IMG/VR virus record: IMGVR_UViG_2775507102_000001
Location: 274-64,273 of that record
Direction: 5' to 3' (one strand)
DNA: 64,000 nucleotides
DNA from: a virus
Lineage: Duplodnaviria > Caudoviricetes
The first letter of the stretch is position 1, and every line of letters starts with the position of its first letter. Of the stretch, positions 18,068 through 27,691 are shown piece by piece. Under the pieces are notes generated by a model. The model was not told where the DNA came from. It searched no databases and saw only the letters and a program-made list of their open reading frames with translations. Made by a program: the position numbers and the translations under genes.

Positions 18068-19090
18068 CTAGGCCAGGGCCTCCACGGCGTCACACCAGGC
18101 GGCCAGTTCAGCGGTCGGATCCAGCTCGGCGCTGCGGGCCTTGGCCCGCTTCGACGCCAGCCGGTACTCGGCAGGCGCCGACAGCTTCCGAAGCACCGCC
18201 TCGTAGCCCGCCACGTCGTTGCGGTCGACGAACACCCCGGCCTCGCCGAGCGACTCGCACAGCCCCGGGGTGGGGTGGGCCACGACGGGGATGCCGGAGG
18301 CGAGCGCCTCACAACCGGCGCGGCCCCACGACTCGTAGGAGGACGGCATCAGCAGCACCTTCGTGCGGCCGTACACCTTCTCCCTCATGTCCTCGCCGCG
18401 GACGTGCTCGACTATCTCGACGTTCGGCAGATCGGGGAGGATCTGGTCGCCGTAGGCGCCGCGGACGGCGATGAACTGCTGGTCCGACATACGGCGGGCC
18501 AGCTTCTCCAGAACCCGGCCGCCCTTCTCCGGATTGCAGTTGACCAGCGTGATCGCCTTGCCCGGCTTCGTCGCGTATTCGTCGGCGAACACCGGTGGAC
18601 GCACGATCAGCGACTGCTCGGGGTGGACGGACTTCGGGTACTCGGCGAAGAACAACTCCGCCTCCCGCTCCATCCAGCGGCTGTTGTAGACCGCCAGCTT
18701 GGTGCCGCCGGCCGCCATGTCGCGGAACGTGGGCCGGTGGGTGTTGTGGCAGAGGACCACCACCGGCTTGTTGTAGCCGCGGGCCAGGGCGGTCGTGTGG
18801 GGCACGCACTCCAGGTGCGAGATGAGGACATTCGCCTTGCGGACCGCCGTGGGGAAGTCGAGCCTCGCTTCCAGCGGCACCACGCGGATGCCCCGGTACT
18901 CGTAGACCTTGCTGGCCTTGCCGTACCGGGACAGCCACACCGACACGTCGTGCCCGCGCTCCACCAGGGGCCGCAGCATGGACACGAGCATGTGCTCGGC
19001 GCCCGCGTTGTGCTCCGGCGGCATCGCATGCACCCGGGCCACGATGCTGAGCGCGGTCCCGCCCGGCGCGGAAGCCGGGACCGCCCCCAT
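18068..19090 (-). CDS. GT-B (family 4-like) glycosyltransferase inside head operon
   Basis: 340 aa; HNAGAEHM N-terminus, MPSSYESWGRAGCEALASGIPVVA (E-x7-E); ATG overlaps capsid stop. Confidence 0.9.
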   Translation of the reverse strand: MGAVPASAPGGTALSIVARVHAMPPEHNAGAEHMLVSMLRPLVERGHDVSVWLSRYGKASKVYEYRGIRVVPLEARLDFPTAVRKANVLISHLECVPHTTALARGYNKPVVVLCHNTHRPTFRDMAAGGTKLAVYNSRWMEREAELFFAEYPKSVHPEQSLIVRPPVFADEYATKPGKAITLVNCNPEKGGRVLEKLARRMSDQQFIAVRGAYGDQILPDLPNVEIVEHVRGEDMREKVYGRTKVLLMPSSYESWGRAGCEALASGIPVVAHPTPGLCESLGEAGVFVDRNDVAGYEAVLRKLSAPAEYRLASKRAKARSAELDPTAELAAWCDAVEALA

Positions 19091-20049
19091 CAGGAACCGC
19101 TCGGCGTGCCGGTGAACTTCACGAACGCCTCGGCGTCGCCCAGAACGAAGCCGTAGTACGCCTCCGCCAGGAGCAGCACCAGGTTCTCCTGGAAGGCGCT
19201 GTGCACGCCGCCGTCCTCGTCGATGTACGTCGCCTCACGCGACAGCTTCACCGAGATGTCCATGCCCACGCCGTAGGCGGCCTGCGAGAAGTCACCGCCG
19301 ATGGCGCGCAGCCCCGAATCCGCAGAGGTGGACTGGCGGCGCAGCTTGCCCGACACGCTGCGGGAGTAGGCGATCGGCTCGCCGATCAGCTCACCCTGCA
19401 GGGCTGCACCCGTGCCAGCGCCGGGCTGGCGGGTCGCCACGAACAGCGGCTCGCCCGTGGTGGAGGTGGCGGCCAGAAGCTTCGGCTTCAGCCGGTTGTC
19501 GGCGACGGTACCGGTGTAGTCCCAGTCGTCGTCGATGATCTCCTCCATGCCGGCGACGAAGTCACCCCAGATACCGCCCTGGTTCTGCGCCGTCGTCCCC
19601 AGCGACACCGCCTTCGAGGTGGCCGCGAAGTAGTCGGCGAAGGGACCGGTGCCGCCCTTCATGTTCTTGCCGTGGATCGTGGCCATGTCGAAAGCCCGCG
19701 CGAACGCCGTCGGGAGATCCCTCTGGAGCTGCGTCCACAGGCCGGCCGCGTTGGACTGGGCGACCTCCATCGACACCGGGATGAGTACGGCGATCTTCTT
19801 GCCGCTCATCTGCTTGACCTCGACACCGCCCGAGCTCAGCGGCTTGCGACCACCCTCAGACACCCAGTCCGCAGTCGGCACATCGAGCGGTACCGGGACC
19901 GCGGTGTTCGCCGTCATCGACAGCGGCACCCGCCGGGCCAGGCTCATGACCGCGGAGCCCTCGATTGACTTCTCGAAGATGGGGCCGACCAGCGTCTCCG
20001 GAAGGAAGATCGGGTCGATGGTGGACAGCTTGATGGGATTCGTCGCCAT
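19090..20049 (-). CDS. Major capsid protein (HK97 fold)
   Basis: 319 aa; ADWVSEGGRKP, KKIAVLIPVSME, GDFSQAAYG, SAFQENLVLLLAEAYYG. Confidence 0.92.
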   Translation of the reverse strand: MATNPIKLSTIDPIFLPETLVGPIFEKSIEGSAVMSLARRVPLSMTANTAVPVPLDVPTADWVSEGGRKPLSSGGVEVKQMSGKKIAVLIPVSMEVAQSNAAGLWTQLQRDLPTAFARAFDMATIHGKNMKGGTGPFADYFAATSKAVSLGTTAQNQGGIWGDFVAGMEEIIDDDWDYTGTVADNRLKPKLLAATSTTGEPLFVATRQPGAGTGAALQGELIGEPIAYSRSVSGKLRRQSTSADSGLRAIGGDFSQAAYGVGMDISVKLSREATYIDEDGGVHSAFQENLVLLLAEAYYGFVLGDAEAFVKFTGTPSGS

Positions 20050-20064
20050 CGGGGGCTACCTTTC

Positions 20065-20661
20065 TCAGTGGCCCCGTGCGAGGCCCTGGGTCATGAAGTC
20101 GGCGAACACAGCCGCCGGATCGTTGGGGGTTCGGTTGCCGTTGCCCGAAGAGCCCTGCGTGCGGTCTGCCTTCGGCGCCCGCGGCGAGGTGTCGGCCGGC
20201 TTGGCGAGGTGCGGCTTGCGCTTCAGCAAGTCCTTCAGGTCCTGCCGGATGGCTGCCGTGTCGACGTCGCCGTCGTCGTCCACATAGGAGGTGAGGTCGA
20301 GGAACGCGTGCGCGTCCTCCGGGTCGGCGAACTCCGCCGCCGCCAGGGCCTTCACCTCGGACCGGACCGCGCGCTGCCGGAACTGCTGGATACGTTGCTC
20401 GGCAGAGGTGAGCTGCTCGGTGAGCCGCTCCTGCTCCGACTTGTTCGCGTCCTCCAGCTCCTGCGCCTTCTGTGCGAGAGGCTTGGCCTCCTGGTACTTC
20501 GTGCGCCAGCCAGCGGACTCCTTGCGGAGTTTCTCGATCTCCTTGCGGGCCTTGGCGGGGTCCGCCCACGGATCCGCCGGGTCCTGCTCCGCCTCCGGGG
20601 CGGCCTCGGACTGCTGCGGCTCCGTCTCGACCTGCTCGGCCGTCTCCTCGTTCTCGGGCAT
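20065..20661 (-). CDS. Capsid scaffolding protein
   Basis: 198 aa acidic coiled coil; LRKESAGWRTK, AEFADPEDA. Confidence 0.85.
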   Translation of the reverse strand: MPENEETAEQVETEPQQSEAAPEAEQDPADPWADPAKARKEIEKLRKESAGWRTKYQEAKPLAQKAQELEDANKSEQERLTEQLTSAEQRIQQFRQRAVRSEVKALAAAEFADPEDAHAFLDLTSYVDDDGDVDTAAIRQDLKDLLKRKPHLAKPADTSPRAPKADRTQGSSGNGNRTPNDPAAVFADFMTQGLARGH

Positions 20662-20721
20662 GGCTAGTTGGCCCTCCAGGGGCTGAGAAAGGCCGCCACC
20701 AGGGCAGCCGAAGGGGGTTGG

Positions 20722-21495
20722 TCAGTTGGAGCCCGGCAGCGGGTTGCTGTCGTGCTCGGCGAGCGCCCGCCTGAACAGGCGCAGCTGGTCACCGGAGTGG
20801 CCCTGCGCGAACTCGCGGTAGATGCGCTCCCACTCACGGGCGTGCTGAGACAGCTCGAACCGCTGCCCCTTGAATACCGGGACCACGCCGCAGTGACAGC
20901 CGTCGTGCGCCCGGAAATCTGCTGTTTCCTGTTCGTACACCGCGCCACGCGAGGCGAGCATCTTGCAGAAAGCGCACGCCCCGCGAGCCGCCGATCGCGC
21001 CCACGCGGTGGCCTGCCGGTCCTGCCGCACCGCCTCCCGGACAGTGCCGCGACCCGTATCAACCACCAACTTCTGCGCGACCTGCTCGGCCTTCTTCTCC
21101 GCCTGCGTAAGGCGGACATCCATCGGCTGCAGCTGGGCCGGCGTCGCCTCCTCCGGGTCCCGCGGCCACAAATCCTTCGTCGCCCACCGCAGCGAGGCCT
21201 CCGTCTGCTCCGGCGGAGGCGGATCCGCGACCGGCACCGTGAACGACCCTGGCACGCCGGCCGCTTCCCGCTGCGCATCGTAGAAGTCCGCCGCCAAAGC
21301 AGCCGAGGTCCGCGCGTACTGGGCGATGACCGTGTTCATCGCCGTCAGCCAGTCCGGGACGCTCTCCCGCAGCCGCGACGGCAGGATCAGCCGCCGCAGA
21401 CCGCGTACATCCCGCACAAGAAGCATCGTCAGCCCAACCTGCGCCGCCCGATAGCGGCGAGCCTCATCGCCGTTATCCGAGACCGTCGTCGCCAC
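20722..21495 (-). CDS. Minor capsid / head maturation protein (MuF-like)
   Basis: 257 aa; WARSAARGACAFCKMLASRGAVY...HDGCHC. Confidence 0.75.
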   Translation of the reverse strand: MATTVSDNGDEARRYRAAQVGLTMLLVRDVRGLRRLILPSRLRESVPDWLTAMNTVIAQYARTSAALAADFYDAQREAAGVPGSFTVPVADPPPPEQTEASLRWATKDLWPRDPEEATPAQLQPMDVRLTQAEKKAEQVAQKLVVDTGRGTVREAVRQDRQATAWARSAARGACAFCKMLASRGAVYEQETADFRAHDGCHCGVVPVFKGQRFELSQHAREWERIYREFAQGHSGDQLRLFRRALAEHDSNPLPGSN

Positions 21496-22903
21496 CAGTC
21501 ACCTCTGCTGCGGCGGGCGGCTCGTCACCCTCGCTCATCGCGGCGAGCCGGTCCATGAGCTGGCGGCTGGCGGCCGTGTTGGCGCTACGGCGACGCTCGG
21601 CGGCTACCCGGCGGCGCTGATCCTCGCTCAGCCCGGCCATCTCCAATACGACATCACCGTCAGCCGGCAGGATGCCCGCATGAACGAGCTTCACCGCGGC
21701 GTCGGCCTGGGCCGCCACCGTCGGCGTTGCCGGGTTGCGCCACACGCACTCGATGCGGCGCGACTTATCCGGCGGCTCCCCATCGCGGAACCACAGCGCC
21801 AGCCTCATCGCGTCCCGGTGCGTCGCCGAGAAGCGGCGGATGCGCCGCTCCGCCTTCTTGATCTGCCCGTTGTCGGCAAAGCGGATCGCGTCAGCGCTCG
21901 CCGGGTTGTCGCTGGTGTAGCCGAGAACGTGAGGGGCCACCGACAACTGCGACGCCATGATGCGGGCGTAGAGGTCGATGATTTTCGTCTGGCCGGACGG
22001 ATCGTGGGCGGCGAACTGCCCCACCGTGGGCACTTCCCCGTTCTCGTCCCGCTCCAGCGCCAACACTCGGCCGATGTACGTCTCCCAGGCCGACTTGGCG
22101 TTGCCCTCCGCGTCCTGGAAGGCGCTCTCCGACACCCCCAGGATGTAGCGCTGCGGCGCCTGGAAGAACTCGGCGCCGACCTCGATACCCATCAGCCGCC
22201 GGCAAGCCGCATCCGTGATCGACATGACCTCAGGCGTGATCTCCGACTTACCGATGCGGTCCGCGGTGCGCTGCCGGTTCGCCATCCGCAGCACCGGCAC
22301 CATGCCCAGGTTGTGGATGTCCCGGTCGAAGACCTCCCAGCCGCCATCCACCTCGGCCGCGTACACCGTCTGATCCGGCAGATACAGGGTCGCGATACGC
22401 ACCCCGTCCTCGACCGACTCCCGCAGAGCAGCCGTCGCCAGACGCAGCCGGGCATCCCAGAACATCGTCATGTCCAGCGGCGACTCGAACGTGATCAGTG
22501 GTGGATCGCCCGCCTCGCCCGAGCCGACCGACACGTACTCGCGGCCGTAGGTCAGGGCGTCCAAGTGGGCCAACGACGCTTCGTCGTACAGGTCGTTCGA
22601 CTCGGCGATCTCCTCCAGATCGGACGGGTCCGTTCCGTCCGCCCAGCGGAACGCCTCCAGGTCGAGGCGCTGCTCCAGCGACTCGACACCGATGCGCGGC
22701 CAGCCGATCACCGTGTGCAGGCCCTTGAGCTGCGGCGGAATCGAGATCCCGAGGTCGCGAACGAGTTGCTCGCCGTTGAAATAGGCGTCGAGCAGCTCCA
22801 GCTTGAACCGCTGCGACAGCAGGTCCGAGCGCAGCGCCGTCAGCAGTTGCGCCTCGTCGCCCGACAGCGACAGGAGCGGCAGCTCGGGGATGGTCGCAGT
22901 CAT
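21473..22903 (-). CDS. Portal protein
   Basis: ATG 22903 overlaps terminase stop; 476 aa; VIGWPRIGVESLEQRL, GMVPVLRMANR, WRNPATPT. Confidence 0.9.
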   Translation of the reverse strand: MTATIPELPLLSLSGDEAQLLTALRSDLLSQRFKLELLDAYFNGEQLVRDLGISIPPQLKGLHTVIGWPRIGVESLEQRLDLEAFRWADGTDPSDLEEIAESNDLYDEASLAHLDALTYGREYVSVGSGEAGDPPLITFESPLDMTMFWDARLRLATAALRESVEDGVRIATLYLPDQTVYAAEVDGGWEVFDRDIHNLGMVPVLRMANRQRTADRIGKSEITPEVMSITDAACRRLMGIEVGAEFFQAPQRYILGVSESAFQDAEGNAKSAWETYIGRVLALERDENGEVPTVGQFAAHDPSGQTKIIDLYARIMASQLSVAPHVLGYTSDNPASADAIRFADNGQIKKAERRIRRFSATHRDAMRLALWFRDGEPPDKSRRIECVWRNPATPTVAAQADAAVKLVHAGILPADGDVVLEMAGLSEDQRRRVAAERRRSANTAASRQLMDRLAAMSEGDEPPAAAEVTGGDDGLG

Positions 22904-24639
22904 CGAAGCACCACCACCCGTCCCTTGCCTGGCGTGCCGCGCTTCGCCCACGCCGTCGAGTTCAACATCATCCGGCGCAGCATCCGCGCCCCGATCGCAC
23001 ACACCGCCAGGTCGATCTTGCGGGCCGACTCGCGATGCTCCTTACCGACCGTGTAGCCCCACTGATTCGTGCGGCGCCGGGCATTCGCCACGTGCTGGCG
23101 CAGCATCCGATGCCCGTCATGGAACAGTTGCCGCTCCAGCACGTCCCGGTAGAAGCGGTCCACAGCTTCCGTGAACGCCTGCTGGCGGCGCCGGTCACGC
23201 ATGTCCCACAGCACCGCGTGCCGGTTCGCGCCGCCCGTCACCGCCTTCAGCTTCAGCTTCTTGCCGTAGCGCTGCGCCCACGCGTCGATGTAGCCGTCCC
23301 AGTAGCGTTCGCCGTCCGCGTCGTCGTGACCGGCGCCCGGGTCGGCGAAGAACGCGATCGGCCGGTAGTCCGCGAACACCTGGTCCACCGTCCCGTCGAC
23401 CTCCTCGCGCGGCACCCGCCACGGCACGTCCTGCGGCCAGTTCGCCGGCCGCTGCCACACGCCCAGCGCGGTGACGAAGCCGTCCGACATGCGGCAGGCC
23501 GCCAGGCCGGTCGCGTCGTCGCTCTTGGAGCCGTCGAAGAACAGGACGATCTCGTCGCCCGGCCGAAGACCCGCATCCTCGCGGCGACAGGCATCCCACT
23601 CATACGGCGCCAGGAAGGCGTCCTCCGCGGCGACGATCTGGTTGAACCAGAAGCGCCGGGACCGGCTGGGCGGATTGCGGACATCAAGGATCGACGCCTT
23701 CAGCCGCTCAATGTCCAGCCAGATCGAATCCCCGCGGACGGCCCGCAGAGTCGGGACGATCCACTCCTCGGTCAACTTCGCCTCGGCCGGAGCCTCCAGG
23801 CTGTCGTAGAACAGGCCCGTGTCCACCACCCGGCCGGCCTCAGCCGACTCGAACGCCTCCCGGGTGCGCTCGGCGACACTGTCCTCGCCGGGTTCGTAGG
23901 CGTTGGTGTTCGCCAAGGTCCTCGACTGGCCGTCCGCGCTCTTGGTGGCGTTGCGCTCGATCACGGCGGCCATTTCGTGGCCCTGGTTCGACTCCAGCCA
24001 GTGGTGCGTCTCCCCCAGATTGACGGCCGTCGGCCGCCCACCCTCCAAGGCCCTCGGAGACGAGGTGACCGCCTCGATGCGAGCCCGGCCCTTGTCGGCG
24101 TAGATGATCTCCTTGCCGAGGTCGATGCGGTACTCCTCGATCGCCCGCTTCGACAGGATCGACGGGAACAGCGTCATCGTGTTCCGCGTCTGATCCTGCG
24201 ACACCGCCGCGATCTGCACCCACGCCGCCGGATGCTGAACCCCCAGCGGTTGCCCCGCCGGAACGCCCCACTCGTTACCCTCGTCGGCGACCTGGCCGAA
24301 GCGGCACGGGCCGACAAACTCGAACGCCGACCAGGTAGCGATCAGGGGGTCTTTGCCCCAGCCCTTCAGCCGCTGGATCACGCCATCCCGCCACAGGAAC
24401 CGGTTCGTCACAGGATCCATCGCGTACCACCACAGCGTCAGCCGAGCCTGCTCGGCGGTATACCGCCAGGGCGCCCCGACGTAGTGCTGCAGGTACGTCG
24501 CCGTCCACGCCAGACAGTGCCAGCCCAGCGTGTACTCGGGCAGGATGAACCGCCCGTCCGGGCCACGCTTCCACGTCGGCCCGATTGTGAACGGCTCGAC
24601 GACCTCCGGAACAGCCTCGTCAGCCACCTGCGAGGTCAC
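22900..24639 (-). CDS. terL: Terminase large subunit
   Basis: 579 aa; QRLKGWGKD (Walker A-like), QIAAVSQDQT, ETHHW, FDGSKSDDAT, KIDLAVC. Confidence 0.93.
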   Translation of the reverse strand: MTSQVADEAVPEVVEPFTIGPTWKRGPDGRFILPEYTLGWHCLAWTATYLQHYVGAPWRYTAEQARLTLWWYAMDPVTNRFLWRDGVIQRLKGWGKDPLIATWSAFEFVGPCRFGQVADEGNEWGVPAGQPLGVQHPAAWVQIAAVSQDQTRNTMTLFPSILSKRAIEEYRIDLGKEIIYADKGRARIEAVTSSPRALEGGRPTAVNLGETHHWLESNQGHEMAAVIERNATKSADGQSRTLANTNAYEPGEDSVAERTREAFESAEAGRVVDTGLFYDSLEAPAEAKLTEEWIVPTLRAVRGDSIWLDIERLKASILDVRNPPSRSRRFWFNQIVAAEDAFLAPYEWDACRREDAGLRPGDEIVLFFDGSKSDDATGLAACRMSDGFVTALGVWQRPANWPQDVPWRVPREEVDGTVDQVFADYRPIAFFADPGAGHDDADGERYWDGYIDAWAQRYGKKLKLKAVTGGANRHAVLWDMRDRRRQQAFTEAVDRFYRDVLERQLFHDGHRMLRQHVANARRRTNQWGYTVGKEHRESARKIDLAVCAIGARMLRRMMLNSTAWAKRGTPGKGRVVVLR

Positions 24640-25054
24640 GGTATGCGTCCAGCGGCTTCACCGACGCCAGCTGCGGCCCGGCTGGCTTCCGCTCCAGCTC
24701 GATCCGCGCCCGACGCCGGTCCCCCTCGGTCGTCAGAAGGCGGGCCATGACGCTGTCCAGCGCGCTGACGTACTGACCGTTTGGCGGCCGGTCCGACGAC
24801 AGGCCGCGCGACATCAGCTCCGCGGCGTACCGAGCCATCGCCCAGTCCGACGGCTGATAGAAGACGGCCTGACCGGACTCCTGCAGAGACAGATACCAGT
24901 CCGTGGCGATCGGATGCCACAGCGGATCCGGGTCCGGCAGATCCGGCAGATCCAGCGGCGGCCCAGACGGGGCTTGCGCCAGCTTCGGCCCGTCGTCCTT
25001 GTTGCGACGACGACGCGCTTCCGAGCGCTCCGGTATGGGTCCACGAGTGCCCAT
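24620..25054 (-). CDS. terS: Terminase small subunit
   Basis: MGTRGPIPERSEARRRRNK...PPLDLPD.....WHPIATDWY...LLTTEGDRRRARIE. Confidence 0.85.
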   Translation of the reverse strand: MGTRGPIPERSEARRRRNKDDGPKLAQAPSGPPLDLPDLPDPDPLWHPIATDWYLSLQESGQAVFYQPSDWAMARYAAELMSRGLSSDRPPNGQYVSALDSVMARLLTTEGDRRRARIELERKPAGPQLASVKPLDAYRDLAGG

Positions 25055-25139
25055 GACGACCTCCAGGGTCAGGCACGCCACCAGGGCGCGCGGGGCAGAT
25101 GCCTTGCGCCGGCCGCGCCAGCCACCCGGGCAGGCGCAG

Positions 25140-25266
25140 TCACGGCGTGTGATCAGATCGGGAGGGGCCTAGGAAACCCGTACAGACAGTCAGGTGCTAT
25201 ACGGCCCCGATCCGGAAAGATCATGGGAGGGGGATCTCCCCCCAGGTGATCATGAGTAATGATCAC
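25140..25266. other. Putative packaging (cos-like) region
   Basis: Non-coding gap before terS, near an HNH gene; GTGATCAT-N5-ATGATCAC inverted repeat, GGGGGATCTCCCCC near-palindrome. Confidence 0.4.
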
Positions 25267-25466
25267 GCACACCAGCGCTCGAACTCGATCTTGCGAGTCT
25301 CCAGGGCTGCGTTGGCGAGACCTCGCGCTTGATCATCCGTCGACGAGTCGGCAATGACCTTGAGCACGTCGACGAGAAGCTGGTCCTCGCGCATGTGTGC
25401 ATCTTCGGGGTCGTCGGCCGCATCGGCTATGGCCTGCACACGCTGCCGCACTTGGGAGACCTCCAT
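25263..25466 (-). CDS. Hypothetical protein
   Basis: 67 aa; GGAGG RBS; ends FERWCA. Confidence 0.7.
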   Translation of the reverse strand: MEVSQVRQRVQAIADAADDPEDAHMREDQLLVDVLKVIADSSTDDQARGLANAALETRKIEFERWCA

Positions 25467-25502
25467 GCCTACCTCCCTCGTGCCCCTCGGGTGGCCGGCT
25501 GC

Positions 25503-25730
25503 CTACCGCCTGCGCCTACCGACGTTGGCCCTGCTCCCCGTGTACACGCCTGTCGCCCTGCGGTGCAGGAGCTGGCAGTAGCCCTTGGCCCTGGCTCCCA
25601 TGTACTTGTGCAGTTGGCGTGTGCACCTGGTCCAGTCGCCGGGTGTGCCCCACCTGATGCGTGCTGCGCCTGGTCCTGTGCTCCAGTACCTGCGCAGTGT
25701 GGATGCGTTGCCTCGTCCCTTGCTTGCCAC
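25503..25730 (-). CDS. Small basic hypothetical phage protein
   Basis: 75 aa; LRRYW...G.G.ARIRWGTPGDWTRC...L.KY...AKGYCQLLH. Confidence 0.75.
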   Translation of the reverse strand: MASKGRGNASTLRRYWSTGPGAARIRWGTPGDWTRCTRQLHKYMGARAKGYCQLLHRRATGVYTGSRANVGRRRR

Positions 25731-25736
25731 AGTGGA

Positions 25737-25937
25737 TCACTCCTCTTGCGGCGCGGGCTCCTGTACGTCTACCCGTTGGATGGACGCGCCTTGCCCGCTG
25801 GGGATGGCGAGGCAGACACCCTTGGCGTCTTCGAGTACGGCCCAGCCGGCGTCGAAGCGGAGGGTGAGGTCGGGGTCTTCGACGAGGACGTCGTCCCTGC
25901 GCTGGTCCCGGGGGTGGACGATGAGATAGCGGGGCAC
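25737..25937 (-). CDS. Hypothetical protein
   Basis: 66 aa, operon spacing. Confidence 0.65.
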   Translation of the reverse strand: MPRYLIVHPRDQRRDDVLVEDPDLTLRFDAGWAVLEDAKGVCLAIPSGQGASIQRVDVQEPAPQEE

Positions 25938-25943
25938 GGGGTT

Positions 25944-26237
25944 TCACCTCAGCCCGGGATGTTGTTCGGGGGGCCGTGTTCGTCCTGGCCGGGGGTTGTT
26001 GCGCTGAGCGTCGTTGCCTTCACGGCTGGACTTGTGGTCGTGGCAGGGGCCGCAGACGCCTTGGAGTCCTTGCTCGCTGTGGTCGTCGGCCTTGGCCACG
26101 ATGTGGTCGCAGTGGGTCGACGGCCGCACGCCGCACAGGGTGCAGATGGGGTTGCGTTCGAGGATGCGGGCCCGGATCTTCGCCCAGCCGGACGGCAGCC
26201 GGGCCTTGCGGTCCGAGCCTTGCCAGCCGCCGCTCAT
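25944..26237 (-). CDS. HNH endonuclease (packaging-associated type)
   Basis: 97 aa; CTLC...STHCDHIV...DDHS...LQGVCGPCHDHKS. Confidence 0.9.
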   Translation of the reverse strand: MSGGWQGSDRKARLPSGWAKIRARILERNPICTLCGVRPSTHCDHIVAKADDHSEQGLQGVCGPCHDHKSSREGNDAQRNNPRPGRTRPPEQHPGLR

Positions 26238-26557
26238 CGCTGCGTCTGCTCGCCGTTGGTCGCCTTGTCGTGGGCGGCGCGCACGTCCTGGTCGCCGAGC
26301 TTGAGGTTGATCTCGTTGCCCGGCTCATGAGGGAGGTAGGCGCTCGCGTCGTTGGCGGGGATGTCGATGGTCTCTTCGAAGACGAGGACTGCGCGGGCGC
26401 CGATCCTCTCGGCTATCCCAGCGAACTGGTCGACGGGCTCGGGCTGGTCGGGGCCGAGGATGTAGCGCTGCGGCTCGTACTGGTCGACGACGAGCACGAA
26501 CGGCGGCCGCTCGTCTCCGGCGCCTTCGGGAAGTTCGAGGATCTGCAAGCGGGCCAT
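26234..26557 (-). CDS. Hypothetical protein
   Basis: MARLQILELPEGAGDERPPFVLVVDQ...; 107 aa; overlapping stop/start. Confidence 0.7.
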   Translation of the reverse strand: MARLQILELPEGAGDERPPFVLVVDQYEPQRYILGPDQPEPVDQFAGIAERIGARAVLVFEETIDIPANDASAYLPHEPGNEINLKLGDQDVRAAHDKATNGEQTQR

Positions 26558-26564
26558 CAGACGG

Positions 26565-26867
26565 TCACCTGCCCAACGGGTAGAAGCGGCGGGTGTAGTT
26601 CTCGCCCTTCCAGGAGATGGTCTCGCCGTCGGGCGAGGCGAAGACTTCCGGGCCGAGCACGGTGACGTCGCCATCCTGGTAGGGGTAGGTGGTGGCCGCC
26701 TTGTCGATGGCGACGATGCTCAGGATGTTGCCAATCGGGATGTACGCGATGGCCGCCCCGTCCTCGGCAGTTGCGAGGTACTGGATCTTGTCGGCGTCGT
26801 AGCTGATCGCGGCGGCTTCGATGGTCTCATCGTCGCCGTTGAGGTACCTGACGTGGTAGCGGGGCAT
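26565..26867 (-). CDS. Hypothetical protein
   Basis: 100 aa, RBS present. Confidence 0.65.
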   Translation of the reverse strand: MPRYHVRYLNGDDETIEAAAISYDADKIQYLATAEDGAAIAYIPIGNILSIVAIDKAATTYPYQDGDVTVLGPEVFASPDGETISWKGENYTRRFYPLGR

Positions 26868-26885
26868 GGCGCGGGCTCCGTGAGG

Positions 26886-27161
26886 TTAGGGCTGTTCGAT
26901 GAGGTGCCAGACGAGTTGTCCGCCGGGCGCGATGGTGGTGCCTCGGTAGTGGGTGCCGTCGGGGATGGGCTGTCCGGTGCCGAAGACGCGGTAGCGCCGA
27001 GCGGGGAGGTCTTCGCGCTGCCACGCCCAGAACTCGACGGTCCATGGGTCCCGGCAGTCGACGTGCAGCGGGGTGCTACATCCGGCGATCTCGTGCCACC
27101 GGTCATCGACGGGGACCTCGTAGCGGAAGATCTGGCCGGTCACGTCCGCGACCACCACCAC
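26886..27161 (-). CDS. DUF7352-like protein
   Basis: IFRYEVPVDD...LHV......VEFWA......RRYRVFGTGQPIP....Y.GT......LVWHLIE. Confidence 0.7.
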   Translation of the reverse strand: MVVVADVTGQIFRYEVPVDDRWHEIAGCSTPLHVDCRDPWTVEFWAWQREDLPARRYRVFGTGQPIPDGTHYRGTTIAPGGQLVWHLIEQP

Positions 27162-27682
27162 ACGCCGAGCGTCTCGCCCCGCATCGACTGGACCTGCCCG
27201 CCGAGTTCGGCGAGCACGTCGTCCATATCGCTGGCGTCCCAGTGATGGAGGTGTTCTTCGTGCGGGTTGCCGTCGACTTCACCCTGCGGCGCTTCGACGA
27301 TGGGCAAGCTGACGAGGATGTTCCACGCTCCGGCCGTCTCCGCCTTGCGCAGGAGGTCGACGGCGTCGCCGCGGGCCATGTGCTCCAGGACGTCGCCGAA
27401 GATGACGAGGTCCCGGTGGAAGAGATGCTCGGGTGCGACGCGGGCGTCGAGGTTGTGGATCTCGTCGTACATGTCCTTGCGCTTGGCCGTGTTCTTCAGC
27501 CCGTAGCGCCGGATGTACGGCTTGTAGATCTCGATGGCGGTCCACCAGACGCCGTGGTGCACGGGCCGGAACAGCTTGGCGTAGGTACCTTCGCCCGGGC
27601 CTACGTCGCACACGGTGTCGGGCTTCTGCTGCTCGAAGATGCGGAGGGACCAGTCCTTGCCCTCGGCGATGCTGGTGGGCAT
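27140..27682 (-). CDS. Class I SAM-dependent methyltransferase (non-DNA type)
   Basis: 180 aa; CDVGPGEGTYA motif I, LVIFGDVLEHM; no NPPY or PC DNA-MTase motif. Confidence 0.85.
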   Translation of the reverse strand: MPTSIAEGKDWSLRIFEQQKPDTVCDVGPGEGTYAKLFRPVHHGVWWTAIEIYKPYIRRYGLKNTAKRKDMYDEIHNLDARVAPEHLFHRDLVIFGDVLEHMARGDAVDLLRKAETAGAWNILVSLPIVEAPQGEVDGNPHEEHLHHWDASDMDDVLAELGGQVQSMRGETLGVWWWSRT

Positions 27683-27691
27683 GGCGGTCTC

